Shown: positions 55,247 to 64,000 of the stretch, piece by piece
Layout: each line of letters starts with the position of its first letter
Numbering within the stretch: the stretch's first letter is position 1
Source: Magnetococcales bacterium
Lineage (GTDB): Bacteria > Pseudomonadota > Magnetococcia > Magnetococcales > JADFYX01
DNA length: 64,000 nucleotides
Assembly (NCBI GenBank): GCA_015232405.1
Contig: JADFZS010000010.1
Coordinates: forward strand, 1,044-65,043
Direction of reading: 5' to 3'
Program-made: the position numbers and the translations under genes
The notes under the pieces: model-generated
The model's input: the letters and a program-made list of their open reading frames with translations, nothing else
Told to the model about the DNA's origin: nothing
Database searches by the model: none

Positions 55247-57220
55247 CTAAATAAATTGCAAGGAATGGCTGAAACTCAAGAAGAAAAATGGGGTGGTTGA
55301 TTGCTCGGTTATATCTAAACCAAAATCCATCTTCACATCAAGAACATGATCATCTTGCCAATACCAATTCCCCACTAGCCCCAAGCCCAAAGAGTGCTTA
55401 TTTGATAGTGAATCGAAGGTATCACTAATTAATAGGGAGCGGGTTAATACTCTTGATGAAACATCCTGCCAGCCAACAGAGATAGTATGGCTCTCTTTTT
55501 CAGGTCTTGGGTAAGGTTCAAAGGAACTGCCATCTTCTTTGGTGCTGGTCAACAGATAGCTGGGGTTTTCCCATGCTAGAGCATAACCCAATGAGAGAGG
55601 ATAATCTTCAGGGCTCCACTGCCAGCTTAAGTCAATATTAATACTTTTGGCAGCATTGGAATAGCCCTGTATATGATAGCGGTTGACAGCAGCAAACAGT
55701 CTACTTTGGAGGGTATCCCACCAATCGTCATAGCGCCCAAATCCTAGTTGATCCCGCTGCGCTTGATGAAGCCGCCCTGAAATATCTCCATTTTCAGGAT
55801 AATACAATTTACCTTTTGCCTCCCATCCCCCACTCTCCCCTTTTGTAATATGGGTTAGCAGAAGGCCAGGTTTGAGTTGTCCTGCAATATTCAAAGCAGA
55901 TTTGCCAATGGTTAAATCATTATGTTCAACCCCTACCCCCCAAAGAAGACTGTTTTTTTCAATAACATCAACATCAACCAACCATGGGTCTGGGGCAACA
56001 ATTTGGCTTAAGGATAAACCTGTTGTAAGGCGTAATTTATTGCTTACTGCAAAGTTAACATTGGTAAACAGATCTTTTTTTATCAAATCATCTGCAGAGT
56101 TATTAGTGTATGATAAACCTGTTTGCCACTCCCCTTTATGCTGCCTTAGAAGGGCCATTTTCTCTTTAATCAGTTCATTATTCATCGGGTCATTTAACAA
56201 TGCCCGGTCATAATCCAAAAGAGCCTCCTGCCAAAAGCCAGCATCTTCCAAACTTTGCGCCCGATAAACCAACTGCTTTAGTTCAAGCTTTGTATTATTC
56301 TTAACTAAAGGTACACCACCCAACTTTTTTGTTATCTTATTTTGCAGTTGCCATCGCAATTGATCCAAGTTAAACAAAGCTTCTGTAGACTCATCTAAAA
56401 GCTCCCCATCATCACTATCTGAATGTTGGGGTTGTGATGAAGAGTCACCTTGCAAAACCAAGATTTGTCTCTCCCAATCTACATCAAGCCAATTTGCTTT
56501 TACATCTCTTTCATCTCCCGAGTGAGACTTCGTTAACTCCAAAAGGAGATCATTTTGGCTCAAGTCAACCTTTCCACTTTTTAATTTATCTATTATTTCA
56601 TCAGCCTTGATAGTGGAGGAATACTCAGTCAACCCCAATAGAATCTCTTGCTGGTTCAATTTGAAAGAATCATCTGTGGTGGAACTTTGTGAAAGGTCAG
56701 TATTTTCATCAAAAATAAAACCTGTCAACTCCATAAGGATTTCACGTAGATTGGATTTGGTTTTTGCCCTTTTTGCTGTATTAAAAACCAGTGCATGTTT
56801 TTCACCTTCAACTTTACGCCAGCTACCTTTTAGAGGGGCTTTCCAAGTCAACAACAGTGTGTTGTAGCCATGATAACTCTGAAACGATTGAAACTTAGCA
56901 CCAAAGCCATCAAGGGGGTTATCCTCCTGTAAAAACTCAATTGGCCCTGCAAACCTGATATAAAGCTCGTTTTTATCCCCGGTTACTTCAAACAACATCT
57001 CAGTTTTGATTTTAAGAGCTACCTGTCCATTGGTCAGCTTTGAAACATCCAAAGTTACAGGCTTTGGTCTTATCCGGTAATCTTGTTTAGATACAGATTT
57101 ATTTTGGGAATCATGATTGGGGGTTGTTGTCTGGGCTGCATCAGCTACAACTGGTACGACAGCACTCAACACAAGAGCAGCTGCTGCTGTTTCTAGATTT
57201 ATATTTTGCATTGTTTGCAA
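55247..57220 (-). CDS. Outer-membrane beta-barrel protein corresponding to the PelB C-terminal porin region, encoded as a separate gene with its own signal peptide
   Basis: Signal peptide ...VVPVVADA. The acidic N-terminal half is of unknown fold, with one TPR-like unit (FWQEALLDYDRALLNDP). The C-terminal ~300 aa have alternating beta-strand character. Confidence 0.55.
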   Translation of the reverse strand: MQTMQNINLETAAAALVLSAVVPVVADAAQTTTPNHDSQNKSVSKQDYRIRPKPVTLDVSKLTNGQVALKIKTEMLFEVTGDKNELYIRFAGPIEFLQEDNPLDGFGAKFQSFQSYHGYNTLLLTWKAPLKGSWRKVEGEKHALVFNTAKRAKTKSNLREILMELTGFIFDENTDLSQSSTTDDSFKLNQQEILLGLTEYSSTIKADEIIDKLKSGKVDLSQNDLLLELTKSHSGDERDVKANWLDVDWERQILVLQGDSSSQPQHSDSDDGELLDESTEALFNLDQLRWQLQNKITKKLGGVPLVKNNTKLELKQLVYRAQSLEDAGFWQEALLDYDRALLNDPMNNELIKEKMALLRQHKGEWQTGLSYTNNSADDLIKKDLFTNVNFAVSNKLRLTTGLSLSQIVAPDPWLVDVDVIEKNSLLWGVGVEHNDLTIGKSALNIAGQLKPGLLLTHITKGESGGWEAKGKLYYPENGDISGRLHQAQRDQLGFGRYDDWWDTLQSRLFAAVNRYHIQGYSNAAKSINIDLSWQWSPEDYPLSLGYALAWENPSYLLTSTKEDGSSFEPYPRPEKESHTISVGWQDVSSRVLTRSLLISDTFDSLSNKHSLGLGLVGNWYWQDDHVLDVKMDFGLDITEQSTTPFFFLSFSHSLQFI

Positions 57221-57303
57221 TTTACAGCTGTTTTATAGCAGACTCAAAGCCCTAGCCCACATGTTGCTAAATTCGGTTGAGAGAACCGGGCAGGAACAAT
57301 AAC

Positions 57304-57351
57304 CCTAGAAACGGCGGTAGGCGGTGCGTGCTGACAACCGCCGTTTCTAGG
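57304..57351. repeat. Copy of the palindromic repeat family, inverted orientation
   Basis: CCTAGAAACGGCGGTAG - GCGGTGCGTGCTGA - CAACCGCCGTTTCTAGG. The loop is the reverse complement of the 26446-26459 loop with one substitution. Confidence 0.85.
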
Positions 57352-57366
57352 ATAACCAAGTCTTAG

Positions 57367-60054
57367 TTAATTTAATAGTTGTTGGGCAAGATCCAGTCGG
57401 TCCATCTCAAAAAGAAGCTCAACATAATCTGCCCGCAACCAATGATCATCCTTTTTCTCATGAAGAAGTTGAGCATATTGATTCATTGCTTTTTTCTTCA
57501 TGCCCAGACGATGCAATAAGCGCGCCTTTGTTGATCTCTCTTTGTAGGTTTGGCTAGTTTCGAGCATGTCCAAAGCTGCACGAAGATACATTTCGCCACG
57601 CTCTTTAGCCCCTTTATTGATGAGTACATCTCCCATATAGAGATAATCTTGATGGGTTGCCTTCGGCTGAACAAGCAGACGTTGAAAATACCTCTCTGCA
57701 GCCTGCCACCGCTTTTGTTCCATGGCAAAGATACCAAGATTTTTAAGGGCAAATGTATTTTTGGGATCAGACTTCAATAAGGTTTTCATTATTATGGATG
57801 CTGTATTTTTAAGATCCAGATCCAGAGCTGCCCTGCTTATGGTCATAAGGCGTTTTATATCTTTTTGAACAAAAGGTATTTGACGCAACATCAATTCTGC
57901 CACCATAGCTTTATTGTCAAGGCGTAACGATGCTTCTTGAATCAGATCAGAAAAACGGTGATTTTTACCCAAAAGCTCCAACCGTTTCATGCCGATATCA
58001 ACAACCAATTGAGGCTGCCCACTATTCAACAGATGCTCCATCCAACCAGTTATATTTTCATTAGATGATTTTTTGGCTCGTACCAAAAGCCAAGAGACAG
58101 CCTCCTTAGGTGCTTTTGGCCCCCAAAGATATCTTAACTGCCCCACTATTGGATTTTTAGGTGAAGTAATATTTTTTGCAGCAATCAAAAAGCTCTTCTC
58201 TGCTAATGATTGATCCCCTAGATCAAGAGCCAGATAACCAAGCTCACCATAATTTTGTGCTAATCCATATAGCTTTGGGTTGTTGAGACTTTTATTGGCT
58301 AAATCCAGCATGATATCAGACACAGCAAGATTTTTTTCCCAGCTTTGGCGTACAATACTTCCATAAATCAGCCTATCTTCACTATTTTGTGAATCGGCGA
58401 GGATTTTAGCAATTTTCATCGCTTTTTGTAGTTGGCCTGCCAAGACATATATCTCCGCCAATAAAAGCCGACTTTCACGATTTTGATAGTGCTTATTTAT
58501 TATTTTTGCCCCTACCAGAGCAATATTTGTATTGCCTCCATTAAAAGCCCCGTATGTTAAATCTTTTAGAAAACCATACTCTGACTCTTTTAAATTTTTT
58601 ATCCAGTGGATAATGGCACTTTGGTTTTTACCCTCTAAAGCAGAAAAAAGCACCCACCCCTTCTCTACCTCCATTCCCTTGCGACTCTTGTACAAATTAT
58701 CAAATACTATAAAACCATCACTGTATCGCCCATTATCAAAAAAATATTGCCTTAAGTCGGCTATCAACCAACTAGGAGAATTGGGATTTGCAACTGCCCT
58801 TTGCGCCCACGCCATGGCTGTCTGCTTTTCACCCATTTCCAAAAGTAGAGCAATACCTGACTGTAGATGTTCAATTTTTATCTTTTCATTACTCCAAGCG
58901 CGATCCAACCAAAAGGTGGTGTTAACCTTATTTCCCAACAACCAGGTTAGACTGGCAGTTTTAACAGGGTTGTCATTCAGAAAGTCTACGTCTAGTCGTT
59001 TTGTAAGAAATTCTGCAGTTTTGACCTCTCCTTTATCAATAGCGTAGTCGATAAATAGATGCTTAAGCCAAGGTGGGAAAGCTTTGTCGGGAAGTGCATT
59101 TACCACTTTTATGGCAAGTTCATTGTTCTCCTGCTTTAATGCCATCGCCACCAATTGCGGCAAAACTTTTATAGCAAGCTTTCCTTTTTCAAATTGTCTC
59201 TCAATAATAGGCATGACAGCATCTTGTCTACCTGTAGCATCTGCTAACTCTATCCATTTCGTTAGCAGATCTGCCGAATGCAAGGCCGCCCCCTGATAAG
59301 GTTCAAGCAGACGCCAAGCTAACTCTGCATTGGCACTGTAATGTAATAAATCGCCAAATACAGAGGCATGGTAAGGATCAAAATGATTTGTTAGCCACGA
59401 TTTGCTAGCCATAAGGGCTTTTTCATTTTCACCAACCATCAACAACATATCGGTATGGAGTATAGCTAATTGTGAATCCATAACATCAGGATGGCGTTTT
59501 CTTAATATCAATAAAACATCTGCAGCCTCTATCCACTGTTTTCTACTAGCCAACAATATTGCAAGTTTAATAAAATTGTCTGGTTTTTCGGGATATTCTC
59601 GGACCAATTGATAGAGAACATCTATCTCTTGGGGATACATTGCCAGCAGATCATAACTGACAACCAGTTTTTCTAGTAACTCTACTGTGGGCCTTATCTT
59701 GCGAATCTCTTCTTGGTTGTGCAACTCATCAAATGGTCTTTGTGCCAACTTATAATAAAGCCCAAGAAGTTGTCGGGCCTCCAGTAAGTTTGGATTATTT
59801 TCAACTAACTTTTCTAATAGATTAATTGCATCTTCTATACTCCCATGCCTTATTCGCAGCTCAAGTAGAGGCATGAGGTTTTTTACAGTTGGGTCACTAT
59901 CTTCCATGATACGGTCTACATATTTTTGGGCGTCGGTATATTGACCAGCCTTCAGATATATCAGGGCAAGCTCATCATTGCTTGGCGTGATCAGCCTAAT
60001 AGCTGAAAAACCACCAAAAATTATCAAGATTAAGACCAAATAATAACGATACAT
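57367..60054 (-). CDS. pelB: PelB-like TPR scaffold protein (N-terminal TM anchor and long TPR array, no porin domain)
   Basis: N-terminal TM helix followed by ~850 aa of TPR-like repeats. It lies between the pelA-like and porin-like genes. Confidence 0.7.
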   Translation of the reverse strand: MYRYYLVLILIIFGGFSAIRLITPSNDELALIYLKAGQYTDAQKYVDRIMEDSDPTVKNLMPLLELRIRHGSIEDAINLLEKLVENNPNLLEARQLLGLYYKLAQRPFDELHNQEEIRKIRPTVELLEKLVVSYDLLAMYPQEIDVLYQLVREYPEKPDNFIKLAILLASRKQWIEAADVLLILRKRHPDVMDSQLAILHTDMLLMVGENEKALMASKSWLTNHFDPYHASVFGDLLHYSANAELAWRLLEPYQGAALHSADLLTKWIELADATGRQDAVMPIIERQFEKGKLAIKVLPQLVAMALKQENNELAIKVVNALPDKAFPPWLKHLFIDYAIDKGEVKTAEFLTKRLDVDFLNDNPVKTASLTWLLGNKVNTTFWLDRAWSNEKIKIEHLQSGIALLLEMGEKQTAMAWAQRAVANPNSPSWLIADLRQYFFDNGRYSDGFIVFDNLYKSRKGMEVEKGWVLFSALEGKNQSAIIHWIKNLKESEYGFLKDLTYGAFNGGNTNIALVGAKIINKHYQNRESRLLLAEIYVLAGQLQKAMKIAKILADSQNSEDRLIYGSIVRQSWEKNLAVSDIMLDLANKSLNNPKLYGLAQNYGELGYLALDLGDQSLAEKSFLIAAKNITSPKNPIVGQLRYLWGPKAPKEAVSWLLVRAKKSSNENITGWMEHLLNSGQPQLVVDIGMKRLELLGKNHRFSDLIQEASLRLDNKAMVAELMLRQIPFVQKDIKRLMTISRAALDLDLKNTASIIMKTLLKSDPKNTFALKNLGIFAMEQKRWQAAERYFQRLLVQPKATHQDYLYMGDVLINKGAKERGEMYLRAALDMLETSQTYKERSTKARLLHRLGMKKKAMNQYAQLLHEKKDDHWLRADYVELLFEMDRLDLAQQLLN

Positions 60055-60075
60055 GAATTACCAGATAAAAAGTCT

Positions 60076-62439
60076 TCAGTCAGTTTCAAGATTTTTAATC
60101 TCGACGCGACCTCCAGGCAAACCTTTAGACCCGAAAGAAAATTTCAACACTCCATTTTTTCCAATATTTCCAACATGATGATCAATCACATCTCCAACAT
60201 CATCAATTAAACTTGCTTCAAACTGGCCTTTCCATGGTGTTTTCCAGACAAATTCACCACTACCATAACCATGGGAGTTGAATTTCAAACTATGGGGTGT
60301 AGGAAAAGAGAGAGAGCCAACCATCCAGCTGGACTCAACCATATATGGCCTACCTGACGGAAGAACACCACTATTAGGATGGTCTGTCAGGGCAATGATA
60401 GGAGCCTCATGATCCTTATCCAGTGCAATGTAGAGACTACCCTGATGATGTTTCTGACCTAAGACCCCTTCTGATTTATTGAAATCAACTCTTGTAAATA
60501 GCGCTTGATCAAAGCGTACTGTGTTTAAAGCCCCACGATCCACAATTCGCCAACGTCCTTTTTCATCTCTTTGTAGATCTGCACCAATTGCACCCTCTAC
60601 AACACTGGCAAAATGGCTGGCAGCAATTGGAGTTAAAGGTAGAGAGCGTGCATAGTCCAAGTTAAAACGCAGGGCATTCAAACTTGAGGTTTTTTCGCCT
60701 GAATACATATGGTAATAAACGTTAAATGGTTTCAACCGCAAAGGAGTGCCTGTGTTGTGTACTGTTTTTACCAAATGTTTAAAACCAAAAAAGTTGGAAC
60801 TCCACAACTCAGTATATGTATTTTCGTTACTGTTTGATGAATAAGTCTGCCAAGCAGATCCAACCCTTCGTCCCAATGGAGCAACCCAAGATATAGAAGG
60901 AAACTGCCTATCAAAACGAGAATCTCCTCCGTTGATATTTTTCATTCCAGCCTCTTCTACGGCCAATATAGCATCTTCATAAGGCAGGGTGTCTCCTGAC
61001 CACTGGAATAGTTTTACCTTTTTGCCTTCTGGAGCCAATTTCTCTATCTCTTTAACTGATTCTGCAATCTCTTGAGCAAGACTATATGGACCGAAATAAT
61101 AGGCTCTCGGGGTACGGTATTCCATAATTACTTCCTGGTCATTATTGCCTTTTATCCTCTCATTCTCATTGCTCGCAATTCTGTTTAATGCTTGCTTCCA
61201 TGCTCCAGTATCCATCTGTGGCTTTTTTTTAGTCCGCCCCATATCCAATAGAGATTTTAGTTGCTGAAAAAAATCGTTCTCTTTGAGTTGTGGATATAAC
61301 CATAAATACTGTTGCTCTTTATCTTCGGAATACTCTTCAAAAAATTGCCAGAATAGTGGGTGGCTATAGGTGTGACTTCCGATTTCTACATGTTTTAAGG
61401 CAAATGCCTTTTTGGCTATTTTTTTTATAGACGGGTTTTGCCCAAGTCGTTCATCGAAATCACCGGCAATGGGGGCAACTGTTACTGGAAGATCTGGATA
61501 TTTCTCTAAAATCTCCTTAAGAATCACCTCGCTTGATAGTTTTTTATCCTTACTGTATTCATCAATTTGGGTTAAATTTCGCCAACCATCACCATCGATA
61601 TGGGAAAAATAAATACGCCTATTTGACATGGTGGTAGCATCAAGTTTAGCTAATTTATCTGTTGCAAAGGCCTTGGCAAAAAAATTAAATGGATTTATAT
61701 ACCACTGAATAAAATCTCCTTCAGGAGTTGTATACAAAGCAAAGGATTCTGCTACATAACCTCCATTTGGACCAGTCGCAACCAATACTGTATCTGTTTC
61801 TGGTTTGTTAAATTGTCTGGCAGTTAGGTGGACTTTAACTCTAGGATCTGTTGCTACCATTTTTTTGTATGACGGAAGCACTCCACTAAAGGTTCTCTCA
61901 AAGTCCATTACCCTTGGGTTTTTATCTATCAATTGCACTTTGTGAGTAAAACGTACCCACTCTGAAAGTGGCTTAAGTCCCAACCTTCCCCAAAAACGGT
62001 CCATTAAATACCCAGGTGTGGTTTCCCCTTTTAAATTGATATCAAAAGGAGGAGTTCCCATTACCACCAATTTTTTTCCCGCTGCTATTATATCAATTGC
62101 CCAACGTAATAATCTATTTGGGTCTGCTATCCTGTCAGTAGACATCCAGAGCAAAACACCCCGAACATCTTTCATCTGAGACAAAGATGGAAGTGGTTGA
62201 CTTAAATTGTGGTTGCGTAATAACAACCCAATATGATTCAGAGGCATTTCTGCTAATTTATGAGGTTTATCAAACCAATATGGACTGTTTTTAGAGTCAT
62301 CATGCAATGAGAGGATGGTTCTTGGCTCGGAGGTAAAACCCTCAACTGTTTTTTGCTCGCAGAAACCTTTTTGGGTAAAAATACTAAAACACAAAAGCAG
62401 GATTAAAAACTGATAAGGCAACATAGTTATAAATCCCAC
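60076..62439 (-). CDS. pelA: PelA-like polysaccharide deacetylase (CE4) module with flanking domains, lacking the N-terminal hydrolase domain
   Basis: Signal peptide plus CE4-like metal/catalytic motifs HIDGDGW and EIGSHTYSHP. The C-terminal beta-rich region is consistent with a jelly-roll. Confidence 0.7.
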   Translation of the reverse strand: MGFITMLPYQFLILLLCFSIFTQKGFCEQKTVEGFTSEPRTILSLHDDSKNSPYWFDKPHKLAEMPLNHIGLLLRNHNLSQPLPSLSQMKDVRGVLLWMSTDRIADPNRLLRWAIDIIAAGKKLVVMGTPPFDINLKGETTPGYLMDRFWGRLGLKPLSEWVRFTHKVQLIDKNPRVMDFERTFSGVLPSYKKMVATDPRVKVHLTARQFNKPETDTVLVATGPNGGYVAESFALYTTPEGDFIQWYINPFNFFAKAFATDKLAKLDATTMSNRRIYFSHIDGDGWRNLTQIDEYSKDKKLSSEVILKEILEKYPDLPVTVAPIAGDFDERLGQNPSIKKIAKKAFALKHVEIGSHTYSHPLFWQFFEEYSEDKEQQYLWLYPQLKENDFFQQLKSLLDMGRTKKKPQMDTGAWKQALNRIASNENERIKGNNDQEVIMEYRTPRAYYFGPYSLAQEIAESVKEIEKLAPEGKKVKLFQWSGDTLPYEDAILAVEEAGMKNINGGDSRFDRQFPSISWVAPLGRRVGSAWQTYSSNSNENTYTELWSSNFFGFKHLVKTVHNTGTPLRLKPFNVYYHMYSGEKTSSLNALRFNLDYARSLPLTPIAASHFASVVEGAIGADLQRDEKGRWRIVDRGALNTVRFDQALFTRVDFNKSEGVLGQKHHQGSLYIALDKDHEAPIIALTDHPNSGVLPSGRPYMVESSWMVGSLSFPTPHSLKFNSHGYGSGEFVWKTPWKGQFEASLIDDVGDVIDHHVGNIGKNGVLKFSFGSKGLPGGRVEIKNLETD

Positions 62440-62442
62440 TTT

Positions 62443-63294
62443 TCAAGGTTTGTTGGGTGGTATCCAATCAAGGTTTATTGAAGTTATGAAAGAGTTGAAA
62501 CCATGCCTTTCATGTTCGCTATAGAGCTTGGCAACCCCATCTTGATCATCGGTTTCCCAATAATCCAAGATGTATAGCTTTAGATCGGCTTTTTTTTTAA
62601 ACATATTATTTATTTGTCTAATTCTTCTATCTCGGGTAACAACTTTTAACAGATAATATTGTTCTTTAACGGGATCATAACTACTAAACAAGGATTCCGC
62701 TATCACCATATCAATATCTTCATATAGCCTATCAAATAGTCTGCTATCATCCCTGATCATGATCTTTAACTGGGGGTAATGAAGATGAACTGTTTTGATA
62801 AGATTGATTGTGGTATCTAGTGTATCTTCATATAAATCGGCTCTTTTGGGAGTATCAAAATATATGCCTTGAAAACCCATACGAATAAATTGCGGTATAA
62901 AGGTGTAAAGAACCCACTGTGTCCAACGTCGATCATTTACATTCACTAGAAATTCATCAACATCAATACCTTGAGATCTCTTTTTGGTTATTAGTCCTTG
63001 GCGGTTTAACTCCAAGAAATAACGGCTGTTTTCAAGAATTTTATATGTGCTGAAATGGGCTAAAACTATTTTTCCCCGTACTGTAAAAGGCTCTAGGGGT
63101 TGTTGGGTTTTTGAATTTAAAATCAATATGTTATAAGGGAGCAGAAGATTTGCTTGTGAATTAATGCCAGAGTACACCACAAGAGTCTTGGAGTAACCTG
63201 TTGTTGGCAGTATAACAGCTGATAAAATTATAGCGTAAACAAAAGTCCACCCCATTAAACGGTATATCCATTTACGATTTACAATATCAAGCAT
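62443..63294 (-). CDS. Stand-alone glycoside hydrolase resembling the PelA N-terminal hydrolase domain (GH114/GH166-like TIM barrel)
   Basis: Signal/TM anchor followed by ~250 aa with GFQGIYFDT and YILDYW patterns typical of this TIM-barrel hydrolase family. It ends 3 nt before the deacetylase gene start. Confidence 0.55.
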   Translation of the reverse strand: MLDIVNRKWIYRLMGWTFVYAIILSAVILPTTGYSKTLVVYSGINSQANLLLPYNILILNSKTQQPLEPFTVRGKIVLAHFSTYKILENSRYFLELNRQGLITKKRSQGIDVDEFLVNVNDRRWTQWVLYTFIPQFIRMGFQGIYFDTPKRADLYEDTLDTTINLIKTVHLHYPQLKIMIRDDSRLFDRLYEDIDMVIAESLFSSYDPVKEQYYLLKVVTRDRRIRQINNMFKKKADLKLYILDYWETDDQDGVAKLYSEHERHGFNSFITSINLDWIPPNKP

Positions 63295-63345
63295 TAGCTA
63301 GAAAACTCATCATTTTGTAGATATTTATCAAGTACATTCAGATAT

Positions 63346-64000
63346 TTAATCTTTGACTATAACTATATGATCTTGTTCAGATTCACCTGCTTTTTCCAGG
63401 GCAACCTTTGCCAACTCTACCAACTCTTCATGATTTTGTGTTTTGTTTTCTGTGAATGATGCAATACCAAATTGAAATGATAGAGCAATCTCATCTTGGG
63501 GTGGATGAAAAACATCATCAAAGCGATTGGCAACTTGATAGGCTTTGTTAGAAGGGGTGTCTAGTAGTATACTGCAAAAAATATCATGGCCTATACGACA
63601 ACAATGGTCAGTCTCCCTGAAGACACTTCGAACTGCACTTCCCATACTAATCAGAACCTTATTACCCATATTTTTCCCATAATTTTTGCACAAATTTTCA
63701 AATTCTACAGGCTTGAAACAGATTACTGTCAACTCCAGGTTCTGCCTTTTTGTCCTTTTATACTCTTTAAACAGTATTTCATCCATCCAGCGGGTATTAT
63801 AAAGACCCGTCAAATTGTCCGAATAAGACATGGATCGCAATCGATCATGTCGCCGTCTATTTTTTGTTATATCGCGAATAAACAAAATGGAACCAATATT
63901 TTCCCCACTATCATCTGTGGAATTTGAAAAAAAGCATCGCAGTACTTTATCCTGATACTGAATTGTCTTGGTGTTATTTTTTTTCTCGTTATGTATCAAA
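63346..64000 (-). CDS. PAS-like / degenerate GGDEF domain protein (5' end outside the window)
   Basis: GGDEF-domain core (LTGLYNTRWMDE...) with the active-site motif replaced by GHDIF. The reading frame is open to the window edge. Confidence 0.7.
   Translation of the reverse strand, partial: LIHNEKKNNTKTIQYQDKVLRCFFSNSTDDSGENIGSILFIRDITKNRRRHDRLRSMSYSDNLTGLYNTRWMDEILFKEYKRTKRQNLELTVICFKPVEFENLCKNYGKNMGNKVLISMGSAVRSVFRETDHCCRIGHDIFCSILLDTPSNKAYQVANRFDDVFHPPQDEIALSFQFGIASFTENKTQNHEELVELAKVALEKAGESEQDHIVIVKD

Noticed and set aside
1-64000. Scan for tRNA, rRNA, tmRNA, CRISPR arrays, transposases, integrases, reverse transcriptases and cas genes
   Set aside because: Nothing in either the intergenic regions or the ORF translations showed their hallmark sequences. 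This was a by-eye scan only, so tRNAscan/Infernal/ISfinder runs would be needed to make the absence definitive.

Overview
The window is a low-GC chromosomal segment from a Gram-negative bacterium. The gene content looks proteobacterial, possibly from a sulfur- or iron-cycling lineage, but that is inference only. I saw no rRNA, tRNA, CRISPR array, transposase or integrase. There are five blocks.

(1) 1-4.7 kb: housekeeping-type genes, namely a HAM1/RdgB NTPase, a LOG-family protein, an atypical P-type ATPase and a periplasmic binding lipoprotein.

(2) 5-12.4 kb: a peptide-export operon with a short HlyD-like adaptor, a C39-peptidase ABC exporter, a second ABC exporter and an SPFH protein. It is preceded by an untracked 50-aa ORF with an internal Gly-Gly.

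(3) 12.4-17.6 kb: a visibly AT-rich accessory stretch. It holds a decayed toxin with an intact HigA2/COG2944-like antitoxin, a PD-(D/E)xK nuclease fused to an ImmA/IrrE metallopeptidase, an array of CCACTCA repeats and a lysine-rich orphan protein. Ordinary genes follow: LysE, a Pat-like acetyltransferase, TPR-GT9, DUF2189, DUF3750 and a PHP phosphatase.

(4) 26.7-39.7 kb: a dense signalling cluster with two heme-c-motif sensor kinases, two hybrid kinases, a CheB-CheR-PAS fusion, a diheme cytochrome c, a CheY-like receiver and a hemerythrin. It sits directly beside a porin-cytochrome electron conduit (40.2-46.2 kb) made of a monoheme c, a decaheme MtrA/MtoA-like protein, an MtrB/MtoB-like barrel and a nine-heme cytochrome c fused to cytochrome b (CbcL-like).

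(5) 46.2-64 kb: a c-di-GMP module (a GGEEF cyclase and a GGDEF*-EAL protein) followed by a Pel-type exopolysaccharide locus. In this locus pelA and pelB are each split into two genes, and no pelG follows pelF.

A roughly 52-bp palindromic repeat family (arms AACCTAGAAACGGCGGTTG / CAACCGCCGTTTCTAGGTT) occurs at four intergenic sites. One copy carries an internal insertion of about 106 bp flanked by a 9-bp direct repeat.

All functional calls come from motif and architecture recognition by eye. No database search was run.
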